Origin: Heptranchias perlo | Taxonomy: Eukaryota | Direction: 5' to 3' | Assembly (NCBI RefSeq): GCF_035084215.1 | Contig: NC_090339.1 | Span: 56,110,001 to 56,174,000, forward strand | DNA length: 64,000 nt | Part shown: positions 1-13,558 of the stretch, in pieces | How positions within the stretch are numbered: position 1 is the first letter of the stretch | How the letters are laid out: the number at the start of each line of letters is the position of its first letter | Translations under genes and position numbers: made by a program | Notes under the pieces: generated by a model | Told to the model about the DNA's origin: nothing | Seen by the model: the letters and a program-made list of their open reading frames with translations, nothing else | The model's database searches: none

Positions 1-607
1 TGCACACAGAGGGGGTGGATTTGGTATTTGGCGGTAATGGAAAATAAATCAGGCGGAATGTAAAACAGGCTGTCGATTCGAAATCGCCTTTTTTGCGCTA
101 CCACCGAATACCAATTTCACCTCCAGAGAGTCAAGTGTACTCTTCAGGTGAAGCAGCATAAGAGGACGGGGGATAATTGGACAAGGGCATGCAGATGTAA
201 TTCAGTGCCCATTTTAAAGTCATACATTTTGTCCTTATTTTAATTAATGTTTTGAATTTATGTTATTATTATTTATATGGCAATTTGGAAAGCAGAGATG
301 TAGAATTGGTTAGTACGGCGTTTCTCAGCAGCACAGGCTGAAGGGCTGGGTGATCGAAGACTGAGGTGCCACGGTGCCACCATTGGTGGGAGGGTGTATT
401 TGCAATATGACAAATTTACTGAGACTGTTCCATTATAAATGTGGCCATAGGAATTTAAAATGGAAAAACTTGACAGAAAACGCTTGTAGATGTAAGATTT
501 TAGATATGGATGTATTGGTCTTTATTCACAGGTACTGCACACAGCTCAGGGAATGGTATCGACATTTGCAGACAATACCAAATAAGAGATATAGTTAATT
601 CTTTAGA

Positions 608-1020
608 ACAGCAACAACTTGCATTTATATAGCGCCTTTAACGTAGTTCAATCAAAATTTGACACCGAGCCACATAAGGAGATATTAGGATAGGTGACCA
701 AAAGATGGGTCAAAGAGGTAGGTTTTAAGGCGCGTCTTAGAGGGCAAGAGAGAGGTAGAGAGGCGGAGAGGTTTAGGGAGGGAATTCCAGAGCTTAGGGC
801 CTAGGCAGCTGAAGGCACGGCCGCCAATGGTGGAGCGATTAAAATCGGGGATCCGCAAGAGGCAAGAATTAGAGGAGTGCAGCGATCTCGGAGGGTTGTA
901 GGCCTCGAGGAGGTTACAGAGATAGGGAGGAGTGAGGCCATGGAGGGATTTGAAAACAAGGTTGAGAATTTTAAAATCGAGGCGTTCCTGGACCGGGAGC
1001 CAATGTAAGTTAGCGAGCGC
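608..1020 (-). mobile_element. L2 LINE 3' end
   Basis: Reverse complement of the 20250-20680 region; CAACAACTTGCATTTATATAGCGCC tail. Confidence 0.88.
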
Positions 1021-1039
1021 CAGGAAACCATAGGAAGCT

Positions 1040-2310
1040 ACAAAGGAATATTGATAAGATGGGAGAATGAGCTAAAAGGCAGCAGATGGAATTCAATGTC
1101 AGGAAGTGTGAGGTGATGTATTTTAGTCAGAAAAATAACAGTAGTAATTATTCTGTGAATGGAAGTAGGGTCAGTAGGATACTAAGGAGCTTTTTATGGA
1201 TACTAAGGAGCTTTTTATGGATACTAAGGAGCTTTTTATGGATACTAAGGAGCTTTTTCCCTTCGTTGAGGGTTCTATAACAAGGGGACATAGATTCAAG
1301 GTAAAAGGCGGGAGGTTTTGAGGGGATTTGAGAAAGAACTTTTTCACCCAGAGGGTGGTTGGAGTCTGGAACTCACTGCCTGAAAGGGTTGTGGAGGCAG
1401 GAACCCTCACAACATTCAAGAAGCATTTGGATGAGCACTTGAAATGCCATAGCATACAAGGCTACGGACCAAATGCTGGAATATGGGATTAGAGTAGACA
1501 GGGCTTGATGGCCGGCGCGGACACGATGGGCCGAAGGGCCTCTATCCGTGCTGTATAACTCTATGACTCTATGACTCTATGACTCAGTACTGTGGAAGAG
1601 CAGAGGCGTTTGGGGATACATATTTACAGGACATTAAAGGCAACATATAAAGGTTGATAAGGCCATAAAGAAGCTAATTGAATTCTAGGTTTTATCATAG
1701 AGGTATAGAATATAAAAGCCAAGAGGCAAGATGAGCCAATATAAAACTTTAATCAGACCTCAGTGAAAGTACTGTGTGCAGTATTGGGCTTCACACTATA
1801 GGAAAGATATTGAGGCTTTAGAGACGCTATAATGCAAATGCACTAGAATGCTCCCTGGTATGAGGAAATACAAATATGAAAAAAGAATTGTAAAACTGGA
1901 GCTTTTCTCGTTAAAAAATGCAGATTACGCGGACCTCTGATCGAAGTGTTTAAAATTATGAAAGGATGGGATTTGGTAGATAGAAGCAAACTGTTTCCCG
2001 TCGTTGAGGAGTGAAGAGCAAGGGACCATCGATGCAAGATTAAATGTAGGCGATTTAGAACAGAGGGCTTTACACAGAGAGTTGTGAAATTGTAGGATTC
2101 ACTTCCAGGGTTAGTGGTTGAGGCAGGAACTATGTCAACGTTCAAGGTTAGATTGGATAGGTGCAAAAGGGGATGAAGGGATATGGGAACAGAGAGGGTA
2201 AATATGATTAGGACTATTTGCTTGCATGGAGGGTAAACGCCAAGATAAAATGGTTGAGATGAATGGCCTGTTTTGTGTTGTAAAGTCTATAAATTCTGTG
2301 TTTCTATGAA
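1040..2310 (+). mobile_element. old CR1 with a younger CR1 3' end inserted at 1177-1585
   Basis: MEFNVRKCEVM...GSRV|STVEEQR interrupted; TCAGTA duplicated at 1171-1176 and 1584-1589; (TATGACTC)n tail. Confidence 0.85.
1177..1258. repeat. 21-bp tandem repeat x~3.9 (GGATACTAAGGAGCTTTTTAT)
   Basis: Units at 1177, 1198, 1219, 1240. Confidence 0.95.
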
Positions 2311-3390
2311 TCAAGAATAAAAAGGAAGGACGTCTACTTGACCATTGACTCATTCATTGGATGTTAACAGTGTAGGATTAGTAATTTTGACATTTTTTTA
2401 AAGGTTTCCTTGTGGGACAACAGGGGCAGGAGTGCTTCTCCCGACCCCAAAGGAAACCTTGGGCCTCCCCCGCCCCGGTCTTTACCCCCCTTCCCCGGCT
2501 GCAACCCCCATCGGACTCCTCCTCCGACTTCCCTTAGTGCCGGGAACCGTTCCGTCGGGTGAACTACAAACAAGTTGTAAAGGTGGCTGGTGAGAAAATG
2601 GAAATCCTCAATAGAGCTTGGCTCTGGTTGTCAGTATGGGTGACTTCACTGTCCTGCCAAGCCTGGATCCCTCGGTAAAGAGATATTGGGGTATAAATTT
2701 GGTTTGCGCGGTAGTGCAATACGGGTAATCGCGAATCGGCTGACGTTTTTGCACTCTTTTCTGTTGACTTCAGCGGACAAGAAAATTGGGCGGAGTGTAA
2801 ACGAGCGGCAGATTTGCTCTCGCCCATTTTGCACTAATGCCCAAAGACCGACTTCTACCCCAGTGAATACAGAGGGGAGAACATACACTCTCCTGTACCT
2901 GGACAAGGCACTATCAGCACAGGTAATAAACAGGCAGCTTGCAGTATGACAGCTGAATCGACAGTAACAAAAGGGGTTGGGGCTAACGCAGTGGGTAACT
3001 TGTGATCCCGAGAAAATCGAAAACACATTTGAACCATTGAGAAAGGCCAAATGCCACAGCATATAAGCTGAATGAGGACTACAGTTTTTTTTATAATTCA
3101 ATAAACTACACTAAAAAATATTAACAGCATAATGTTTACTTGGAAAAATCAATCGTAATGGAGGAAGTGAGACTCTATGGAAGCAGTGTTTGATAAGGCA
3201 AAGAGCATTGATGAACCTCCGGAATCTGATTCATGATTATGTGATGATTAGGTAGCATTTACAGGTTTGATCAGAGGACATTAAATTGATTGGATTATTC
3301 TCATATCATACAGAGTACCTGTACTGAGCATATTGAACTTCCATGGGTCAATTTTGTAAACAGCTACCTATAATAATATAAAGAATCTTA

Positions 3391-3465
3391 CAAACTGTTG
3401 GACCTGGTGTTGTAAGATTCCTTACATTTGTCCACCCCAGTCCATCACCGGCATCTCCACATTAT
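3391..3465 (+). mobile_element. 3'-terminal fragment of Penelope family A
   Basis: CCTGGTGTTGTAAGATTCCTTACATTTGTCCACCCCAGTCCATCACCGGCATCTCCACAT matches the tail of the other copies. Confidence 0.8.
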
Positions 3466-3587
3466 AATAAGATATTAAGATGTGTGTGTCACACGCTCCT
3501 TATTTAGGTATCACCATCCTGCCATACCATTAGGTGGCATCTTGATCAGATTTTCCCATTAAAAAGTGACCTGTCACATGGTCATGT

Positions 3588-3810
3588 TTGTAAACAATTT
3601 TACAACACCAAGTTATAGTCCAGCAATTTTATTTTAAATGCACAAGCTTTCGGAGGCTTCCTCCTTCGTCAGGTGAACGATGTTCACCTGACGAAGGAGG
3701 AAGCCTCCGAAAGCTTGTGAATTTAAAATAAAATTGCTGGACTATAACTTGGTGTTGTAAAATTGTTTACAATTGTCAACCCCAGTCCATCACCGGCATC
3801 TCCACATCAT
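3588..3810. mobile_element. Penelope-derived palindromic insertion (family A) with hammerhead motifs
   Basis: 91-bp inverted arms 3588-3678 and 3682-3772 (one mismatch), 38-nt tail; direct repeat CATGGTCATGTTTG at 3577-3590 and 3808-3821. Confidence 0.9.
3683..3721 (+). ncRNA. minimal type-I hammerhead ribozyme motif
   Basis: TTCAC-CTGACGA-A-GGAGG-aag-CCTCC-GAAA-GC-TT^GTGAA: helix I TTCAC/GTGAA, helix II GGAGG/CCTCC, palindromic helix III AAGCTT; mirror copy on the - strand. Confidence 0.8.
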
Positions 3811-5097
3811 GGTCATGTTTGGCATTCCACACTTCTACCATACGCTCCAGATCACCATACCAAACCTACAGCGTCACTAACGCACTCTGAAAGAAGTGTA
3901 TTTTGTCCTGACCTTCTTTGGGTAATGCTGCTAATGTTATGTATAATTCTGTTGATAATCATCTGCTTTATAATAATGTGTGCACATTATGCAAATTAAT
4001 TTGTCCTCTTTTATTTTTCTGAAAGCATAAAATAGTTTATTTTTAGCAACTTCCATCAGATTTTGCATATATTGTGGCAGGTATATTGATGCAGAGTAAG
4101 CTCCTTTGCAACACACCGTACTTCTTTTAAAATTCTACTTACAGACATTAGATAAAATGAAGCGCATTTATTTAAAGGAAGTTTTGATGAAAACAGCTCT
4201 CTGGGTATTGGGGCCAATTTATCAAGAATGCACAGTGTAATATTACTCAGGATCTATTATACACTTCCTTGGATATCATTGTGATGAACATACAAAATTG
4301 AAGGGCAGGAAAAGACCAGCTGGTCCATCAAGCCTGCCCCACACCGTGATGGCCAGACCATGGTGGCTAAATACTTCTTCCCTCCCCCGACCTCCTCCCC
4401 CTCCTCCCCCCCCCGCTACCATCCCCCCACCCTCCGCCGCCATCTAATCTCCTGGGAAAGGCAAAAAAAACTGAGAAAAGTCCCAGGTCAATAAGGGAAA
4501 AAATATACTGTAAAATTCCTCTCTAACCCCCTCAGGCGATCGAAACCAGTCCAGATCACATGGACTAAGTGTTACGAGATATATAAGTGTCCCGTGGAGC
4601 AATTATTCTTCTTTTATGGCAGTTTGGTAGGTTGTATAAATAATGTAAGTAATACAGTATGTAACTTGCCCCTGAAGCATGATAAAATTTGCAATATGGC
4701 CAAAAGAGCATTAAATTAGCAGGAATTCGCAGCTAAAATTAGTCCGTTGACAGGAATGACTTGATCCCTCAAATGTCACAGAACGAATGTAGCTAGAAGC
4801 ATTTTTGGTATTATTAATTTCCACTCCTTTAACAGAATATAATGAAGTGCAGTCTCCTATTCTACTACCTTCCCACCACATTATAGCACTTTCTCATGAT
4901 GATCCCTGATACAATGTTGTCTTTAGTGAAGTCCAAAAATGCAGACGCTATTAACTGCTAATACTTACAATAGCTACCTTACTAAATAATTTACTAAAAT
5001 AATTTGACAATAAAGTGAGAAGGTAATGAAAACATTGCAAGCACAAGCTTTTACATATTCTGGCACATGACTTTCATGTGAAATCTGATTAATATCC

Positions 5098-5505
5098 ATG
5101 GCTCAGTGGTAGCACTCTCACCTCCGAGAGAGTTCCATTCCAGAGACTTCAGCACAAAATCTAGGCTGACACTCCAGTGCAGTACCGAGAGAGCGCTGCA
5201 CTGTCGAAGGCGCCAACTTGCAGATGAGGCATTAAACTGAGGTCCCGTCTGCCCTCTCAGGTGGACATAAAAGATGCCATGGCACTATTTGAAGAAGAGC
5301 AGGGGAGTTCTCCCTGGCATCCTGGCCAATATTTATCCATCAACCAACACCACTGAAACCAAATTTTCTGGTCATCATCTCATTGTTGTTTGTGGGATCT
5401 TGTTATGTTCAAAGTGGCTGCCGCTTAGTGACTACACATCAAATGCACTTAATTGGCTATAATGCACTTTAGGACGTCCTGAGGTTGTGGAAGGTGCTAT
5501 ATATA
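5098..5505 (+). mobile_element. tRNA-derived DeuSINE (SacSINE1/AmnSINE1-like)
   Basis: A-box TGGCTCAGTGG; Deu-like core TAAAAGATGCCATGGCACTATTTGAAGAAGAGCAGGGGAGTTCTCCC; L2-like tail. Confidence 0.8.
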
Positions 5506-5744
5506 TTTTTAATATGTACCAATATGTGCCCTTCAATGCAATTTTCGTTTGGATGCTGTGTTCTAAAGACGGTTTACCACAATCTCAAGATTGTGTGCTA
5601 ATTTATACAGAGGATGGTGACTGTAAGGAATGGGCTGTCCATGGAAGCAGTGGGGGCTGATGGTACCAGCAAATATAGGCAAGAGTTGGAAAGTAATTGG
5701 AGAAAAAATTATAGAGGGGTTTTATGGGTATTGTGAGACATAAT

Positions 5745-7076
5745 GGGCACTAAATTGGGCTGTGTAGTGCCCGTTGTTTCAGCGCTACACAGCCTCGCTG
5801 ACATCCAAGATGGCGTCTTGGATACGCATGCACATTTCCAGCATTACATGCCCCAGACGCCATCTTGGTATAGGAGTTAGCGCAGGCGCAGATAATGAAC
5901 GCTGGAATCATGTAAAGTAGGGAGAAAATGGCTTCCATCAGTGTGCAATGCTGATTTAAAGTGATAGACACCATTTTGGGACTTAACGCTCAACTCAACG
6001 CACAGTCTTAACCCCGACCATCTGAATGTGTTTTAGAGTGCCTGGAGGACCCCCCACCAGCGCTATTTAAAGGGATCATGCCGGATTTACAGGTTAGTGG
6101 CTGGATTATTGCTTCTGGCTGCCGAGACATTTGTAACTGTTTTTGGAGGTCTCCTAGACTTGAATACTAGGACGCGGGGACATAGCCTAACACTTAGAGC
6201 CAGGACGTGCAGGAGTGAAGTGACGAAATAGTGGTAATGTGTAAGGGTGAGAGGAAGCATTTGATTAGAAGATGTGAGTACTGATGGAAAGATTCTGTTG
6301 GTATGTGGGTGATGGGGGGTGCAGTGCGTGGTGCAGTTGGTAGGAGACACCACTTGACAGTTGACCTCACTCACCTTGACCACTCATGTCAAAGCTTTGA
6401 ACTTCTTCCTGCACTGCATCCATGTTCATGATGCTGTGCGCCTGGCATTGACTTCATCCCCCACTGCCTCCCACTGCCTTTTGGATATATGTCTGGAGGG
6501 CCTCTTGCCTCCCCCCACCACCTCTGTGGATATAGGATGTCCCTCCTTCTGTCCACCTCTTGCACCAAGGCCTCTAGTGCATCAGCAGAGAACCTTGGTG
6601 CACGCACTCTCACAGGCCTGGTACCAACTCAGATTGGCAGACTGGTGAGGTCTGGCCTGCAGATTGGAGGATGTGGGATTTAGTAGTGAGCAATCTTTAT
6701 TCAATGTTTTAACATAACTCATTAGTGTGTAAACATAGTGATGGGACCTGCATCTGTGTTTTACGTGTGCAATGTCTGAAATCCATTCAGACTCTGTGCA
6801 GACAGTTGACTGTTATTTTCAGCAAATAACAGATACCAGCTACCTTTAAGAGATTTCTAAGAAACATCCTCCCTTTAAGTGATTGGGCTTCCCTGCTGGT
6901 GGAAAGTGCAAATTGCATTGATTCCACTTGCAAGGCCCGGAATGAAACGTTGATTGCAGGTTAGTACTCGGGCTGGCCGAAACTCGCGTCCTGCCTGCGC
7001 AGGGGTCATTGAGCGCGGGGTAATTGCTCATCACACTACCTACGCCCAAAAACAGCCCTTATCCAATTTTTCTGCC
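5745..7076 (-). mobile_element. non-autonomous Harbinger with Myb/SANT remnant
   Basis: RAPRFSADALEALVQEVDRRRDILYP; GG-initiated imperfect TIRs; AAT flanks. Confidence 0.78.
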
Positions 7077-8810
7077 AATATTTCCTAAATACTGGGACCA
7101 GCCAGAAGGGCCCCAATAGTCTTCTCCAGCTTTACATATTTCTACGTTCATGCTGCAATCACTGAAGTTTGAGTATAACTCCAATTTTGAGATCCCAGCA
7201 AAATTGAGGCTGCACGCATCTGTCTCAGATAATAATCATTGGTTGTTGTCAGGGAGGAGTAATCTGACTATTTTAATGGGCTGAATCATCTCTTTCTATG
7301 CTGTAAAATTTCATGATTCTACGATTTATGAAATTACATTGATATTGGGCGTGTGATTTTGAGTTTCAGGCATTTTTTCACTCACGGGAGAAAAGGTTTT
7401 ATAATTAAGTAGATCTTTAAGGTTTCTGACACAATATTAATATAGTATGTAAACAAGCTTTTTTGGGGTCAAGTTGGCTCAAGATGGCAATGGGAAACTG
7501 AATCCCAGCTCATCCTCTGATCCTCGGAGGCTCAGTAATCTGATACCTGAGTCATGTCAGTCCATGGTACTTTAGGGTGCTGTTAATAATTGACCAGCCT
7601 GGCTCATTGACGGATACTGGGACTGGGATTGGGCAAATAGTTTATACTCATCATCTGAACCACATCCTTAATGTCACCCTTTCTAGTTGTCGTTTATGAG
7701 GGGTGATTTTGCGGAATGAAACTTTGTTAGTGATGAACACGGGTTGGAAAATTGGAGATGGAGTTCCATCTCTCCTACCACGCTTAGCACTTATGTACCA
7801 TAAGTGGAGCCTCGCAAAATTACCAGAACCAACCCCCCACCACTTTGAAAATACCCTTCAGCCATTGCCTTTTTGGGACTGACCCCTCTGTCGACCATGT
7901 GGCCCCCGGTGGCCTAGTATCACACCGGCATTTGGGAACCATTTTGTCAGTTTAATGTGATTCTCTTGTTGGTGGCTATAAATACCTCTGTCCTCGTCAG
8001 TATATGGTGAAAAACAGGGACTGACAGGGCTGTGTTTTCAGTTATATTATTTATATATAGGTTTCGAAGTGACTGCCGTTTTGATTACTTACCAGATTGT
8101 GTGGTAAACTGAAAGCTGAGCTCAGTGTGGTACAACAAACACATTAAGTTATTAAATATAATTTAGGGGGAAAAAGTATCTGTAGGTAATTGCAAGAATA
8201 TTGTAGCGTCAATACATATTATAATACAATAATAATTTGAGCACCTAATCACTGGAAAGGTAATGCAAGCGTTTACAAAATAAACATTTTAGAGGATTGG
8301 GATTTTAAAGGTTTGCAAGGCTGTGGTTTCAGGATGGTGAAACCTCAATTTTTATATTGTATATATGTATTCTGTGCATTGACAGCAATATTAATATTTA
8401 TGCTGGCAGACTGGGAATAGTGTAGCTGAATTAAGAACTAAGTAAGTCAGCAATAGTGAATCTTGAAGAATTTCTGGAAAAGAATGAGAGGGCAAGCCTT
8501 TTGAAGCAACGAAAATAATATTCACATTGCAGGATTACGTTTTAAATAAGGAACCTTGCATAATCATCAGCTAATATCTTGCTTTGTTAAACAAAAGTGT
8601 TTTTTTTTATGTTTTCATGCTGAGAACTAAACCGCACTCTACTTGATGGAAGCACACAAAAGCCAACGCATTATTATATGATTAAAAAAAAAATGCACAG
8701 GACAAATGTTAATTTAGAAATGAATATTTTGCAATGTTTTCCAGTTCTGATTTCTGAACTGTGAAGCGAGTTGTTAATGATCGTGTTGTTAGGCAGCTGA
8801 GCTGTTGAAT

Positions 8811-8821
8811 TGACCTACTTT
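8811..8821 (-). promoter_or_regulatory. ROR/REV-ERB response element (AAAGTAGGTCA)
   Basis: TGACCTACTTT is a perfect match to (A/T)A(A/T)NT(A/G)GGTCA, in repeat-poor DNA upstream of the clock-family gene. Confidence 0.55.
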
Positions 8822-11800
8822 CGACGTAGCTTGCCAGCAGACAATCACCCTATTTTTTGTGTGTCTGGAGGAGGATGGACTGAGACAGAAACCTTACAGG
8901 AGAATTAGTTGCACAAATGACCAGCCTTGATTTTAGGCTTACAAAGCGTCATCTGTTTAAATCTCTGTTGGTGATGGGAGGTTAAATCCATGGCTTGTTG
9001 GGATTCACTGTGGACCTCAATTATGTTTCATGTTTTTCCGTGATGCTAAGGTGGATAATGTGGCTTAGAACTGTGCATCTTTAAGAATGGTATCCAACCA
9101 CACCAGGCACTGAACTCCAATAAAAGACGTTAAGTAAAAGGTATGTAATTGCTTGCAAGTTAATTCCTTCTATGGTCTTAAGGATTATAGTATTGTATAA
9201 AAGAAAGGACATCTCATCGGTGCATTCATTTTATCCATGCTTTCGAATAGGTTTCTCTGAGTGCTGATAAATAATAAGTTCTTTCAGTTTACTTTCATTA
9301 CATGCTAATACTAAGCACCACATGATATCAAATCATTAAATTCCGCGCAGTAATGTAAATTATGTTAAGCTGTATTATGTATAGCTCAGAAAAAAAATGT
9401 TAGTGCTTTTTTCTTAGTTAGAAAGACATGTGATTTGTAGTTGCATCAGTGTTTTAATACATAAGTTTTGTCTTTATATTTAGGTGGGGTAATTAAAATG
9501 TCTGAAAGGCAGATCAATATTCAAATTGTATAACTCAAATAAAGCAACTGTCTTTTTTCTGCATAGTTGTTCTGGAGAAATGTGAATTTAGCATTCGGTT
9601 AAAATAGTAAAATATGAAATTATCCCCCAGTTATGGAGGGATTGAATAAATCTGCTATGAGTTCAGGCACAATCATTCGGGATTGCAAGTGCGTAAAATT
9701 GCTGTGCTAATATGGAATGTGTAGAATATTGCATCAATGAAGTGCATCATGGGAGTTAACAAGTGTACGGTATGAGTGACTTAGGACAGGTTGTGAACAA
9801 CTGAAAATCTCAGCAGTGCACTGTAATATTTGTCATAAGATGTTTGTCAGTAAGTGATAAGTAACTGCAGTCAAATGTCACCGCAGCTAGTTATCACTTT
9901 CACGGGCACTCAAGATGTCACTGACACTTACAGAATAAATTTGTTTGTTCTACATCTGTGACTTTAATCAGAATGGAATGTAAGGTGTGCTGTTTTGTTA
10001 TAATGTGCTTTAACACAAATCTTTGGCATCACTGTACTTCAGATCAGATTGTACAACAACACTCGAAGAGACAATTGGATGCATTTCTGGATAAAGGGGA
10101 GCAGGTGGAGGGAGGACGCAGGAGGCTTGTTGGGCTGAATGGCCTTTTTCTTTCCCGGAAGTTTCCTAATATCCTTCTAACCTGTGTTCCTTTCTCCTAA
10201 AAAAAAACATGTGATTTGATTAGCGAAGCCTGCAATCCATCATTCTTCATCACCACCAACTCACCACCAACGAAGCAAATAGCTTGCTGAAAATGAATGG
10301 GAACAAAGGTATGTCGAGGACTGCAAAATACGACAGCGGTCCAGCTGGTCAGGCTGGTGTATAGGAAATACCATATCGAGCAATATCTCTCATATCCCTC
10401 GTTCAAATGTTTTTACCAGGTATTTATCCAACTCGCTCTTGAATTTGCTATTACAGTCAGCTCCCACCACCTCCCATGCCACTCTATTCCATATATTCAC
10501 CATTCTCTGTGTACGATAATTGAAGATACACTGTCTTTTCACCTTCCCCCTTCTAAGTTTGAAGCTATCGACTTCAACGGAAAAGAAAATTGGGCAGAGT
10601 GTAAAACAGGCGGCCAATTCACCTTCGACGTTTTGCACTATCTTCCAAGACAAATTTCTAGCCCGTTGTATCCCTCTTTGGCTGGTTGCAGTGAAATGCC
10701 CATCTCTTACTCCTGGACCTAATGCAGTCCAAAGCTATGCAGACCAGTGTTCTTGATAAAGGACAACCTACTTGATGCCCGAATCCACCCTTTTACAACA
10801 TATTAAATTGTGACCTGGAGCAGCACCAGAAGAGTTGATGTAGCTTAAGAACAGATCTCCATGTTTACATGGGGAACACTGCTGGAGTTGTACCCCAGTA
10901 TTGTACACTAGTCTAAAACATTTTCACATATTGCTTCTCCTCCCTGTAGAACAGTCTCCAGACTTTGCTTGTTTACATCTGCATTAGTTTATGAAAGTTC
11001 CATGATTGCTCCTGAGTAGAGTTTCTGCAAGCCTTTCTGTGCTCCCAGCAATCATGTGGGTCAAATTCATTAGACATATGTCCTTGTCTCCAGTTGCACT
11101 ATGTTGTGATTCACTCAACTCTAAAGATCCATCACTGAGAGAGCCACAAATGATTTGTATTTGTCCACAAGTGCAAGTAATTCTACAAAATGTCATATTC
11201 TAAAAATATTCATACCTACAGCTTTCTTTTTAATATTTAAAAAGTAATGCATGTGTGAATAAGAAAATTTGATTCCAAATTACAAGGTTATTTCTCCCAT
11301 GATAAGGACTTAGAAATCATGGAATAACCCAGTAATGCACTGCTACTGGGCAATGACCTTCATCCATTACATGTCCAGAACTGTTATTTTCACTGACTCA
11401 ATAACTGACATGTCAAAGCACTGAAAATATGAAATGCTACATGTCACTCATGATGCCTATTAAACTCTTCCAAATCTGCCACTATTGCCATTAAACCAGC
11501 TACACCACAACCAATACATTCAACTCTCACACCCGGTAGAGCTCTCACTTCAGAAAACTCCGCACAGAACAAAAACCCTAAGTATCCCAGTTTTTCAGAA
11601 GGAACCAACCAAACAGCAAAAATATAAGAAAACACAAGGCAAATAGATCAGACACAGACAACGAACATGATAAACATACCGACAATGTAACACCCCAGCT
11701 GTTCAACAGAGAACAAATGTCCAACTTCCTTCATAATAACGACAATGAAAAATGAGAAACTACTTTTCACATCAAAGAGTAATGGACCGGGAATGAACAC

Positions 11801-13558
11801 CAAAGAAACACTCACAATGAGTTATGAATCTTTCTCATTGTGAAATAGACTCCTGAGTATATCACAACCAGTACAATATCCTACTTCCTTCAATGGTTAA
11901 TCGTTTCACTACTAAGACGATAGATTTCATCAGCGTGAAAATCAGAAAGAAGCTACTGGGAATGACACACACATAAAATAACCAGAATATACTGACTGCC
12001 TGGTGATAGTGAGTTCCACACATTCCTCACTTATCACTGTTTGTATTTAGGTTGGGATTATGGACTGGCCAAGGTGCAAATTATTCTGTAAGGACTTTCC
12101 TGAAATCGCTATTCATTCTGCAAGACCTTCTCTCTCAGAACGGCTATGTTCCCGTTCAAATTGTAGTCGATTATCTTTGTCTGTCGAGCACAACAGAGTG
12201 TTACCTTACTTTAACTAGGGCTGTCACATTGAAAGCCAAATTCAGCCATGCAGCTGCTCAAGCCTTTTTGTTTCCCATTGAATTCTGCCATTCCAGATAA
12301 TGAAGAAAAAATAGATGTGGCTTTGGAAATCCAGTACATTAGTATTTTCATTATATACTTCTGTAAAAAAGACAAACTTTTTCCATTCCCGTCAATCGCC
12401 TTGAGACATTTTTCTGCATTAAAGGCGCTATATAAATGTAGGTTGATGTAACTACGGTGAACAATTTTCAGCAACTGAATTTATCTTGGAACTATAGGCT
12501 TGCCAAAATTCCTCATCTGAAAACGATAGGAAACTAATATAATTCTGTTTCATAATATGTATGAGCTTTGATATTTCCCTCTATAATTCAGTTAAATAAA
12601 TCCCAATGTTTTAAGGTTTAGAACAACAATTATTTGTGATCAAGCATTTATACACAATTTTGAATATCGCACCAAATTTTAAAGTGACGTCATCATCCCA
12701 TTATGGAGTTATCAGGTAGCATACATTTCTGAAACAAGCTTGCTCTGAAAAACCATGCTGGCCAATAGGGTAAGTCTGCATTATAAAAGATTGCACTGCT
12801 GCACAAGTAGCAACAGCATCTTTTGCAATGTGCTGTTATTTTGCTAGATTAAGATCAAAGCTTAGAAATGTGTGGGGATAGATAAGGTAGTATTATCAGA
12901 CCATTATTAAGTACATTTTTACATGCAAGATACTTAGCTTGGTAGATGATGGCCATTTAAACAACTGTGCCATAGTTTTCATAAAATGAAGGTTGCAATA
13001 TTGTATACTGAACCAGCAAATGTCACCTTTCATTATCTATTGTTACAATTTCCGGTTTTCTCTCAACAGATTCACAGTAGCATCCTTATCCTTTATCCCC
13101 AGCCATCTGAAAGCAGTATTTTATTGATAATCTGCCTTTGCAGAGCTCTGTAAGGTGATGATTAATATTACTGTTATTTGCAGTAATCTATTTACTGAAA
13201 TTACTCTAGTCTCGCTTGATCATACCACTCTGTTTAGATTGAACAGAATAATAGACACATACCTGAACTAGTCACATTTAAATACAAGGTGAATCACAAA
13301 AATACAGGACAACATTGAAATATAGTGAGTAACGTCCATAACGGGTTAATTACTCATTCCAATAACTTCCTCTGAAGAAATATAATAATATATTCTGTTT
13401 TGATAAATAAAGTTTTTGTAATCAGCAAAGTAATTCAACAGGTGGCATCTTCTCATACTTCCTTTGGCTCTGGGGGTTGGTTTGAATTAAGTTATGACAT
13501 ACATAAAATACGTTCCATGTTTCAGAGGTCGTCATAGAGCTCCCTCATAAAATTTGAT

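Noticed and set aside
3588-3772. miRNA precursor or DNA-transposon MITE interpretation of the hairpins
   Set aside because: One-sided tail, variable 9-14 bp TSDs and identity to a Penelope 3' end point to a retroelement origin.
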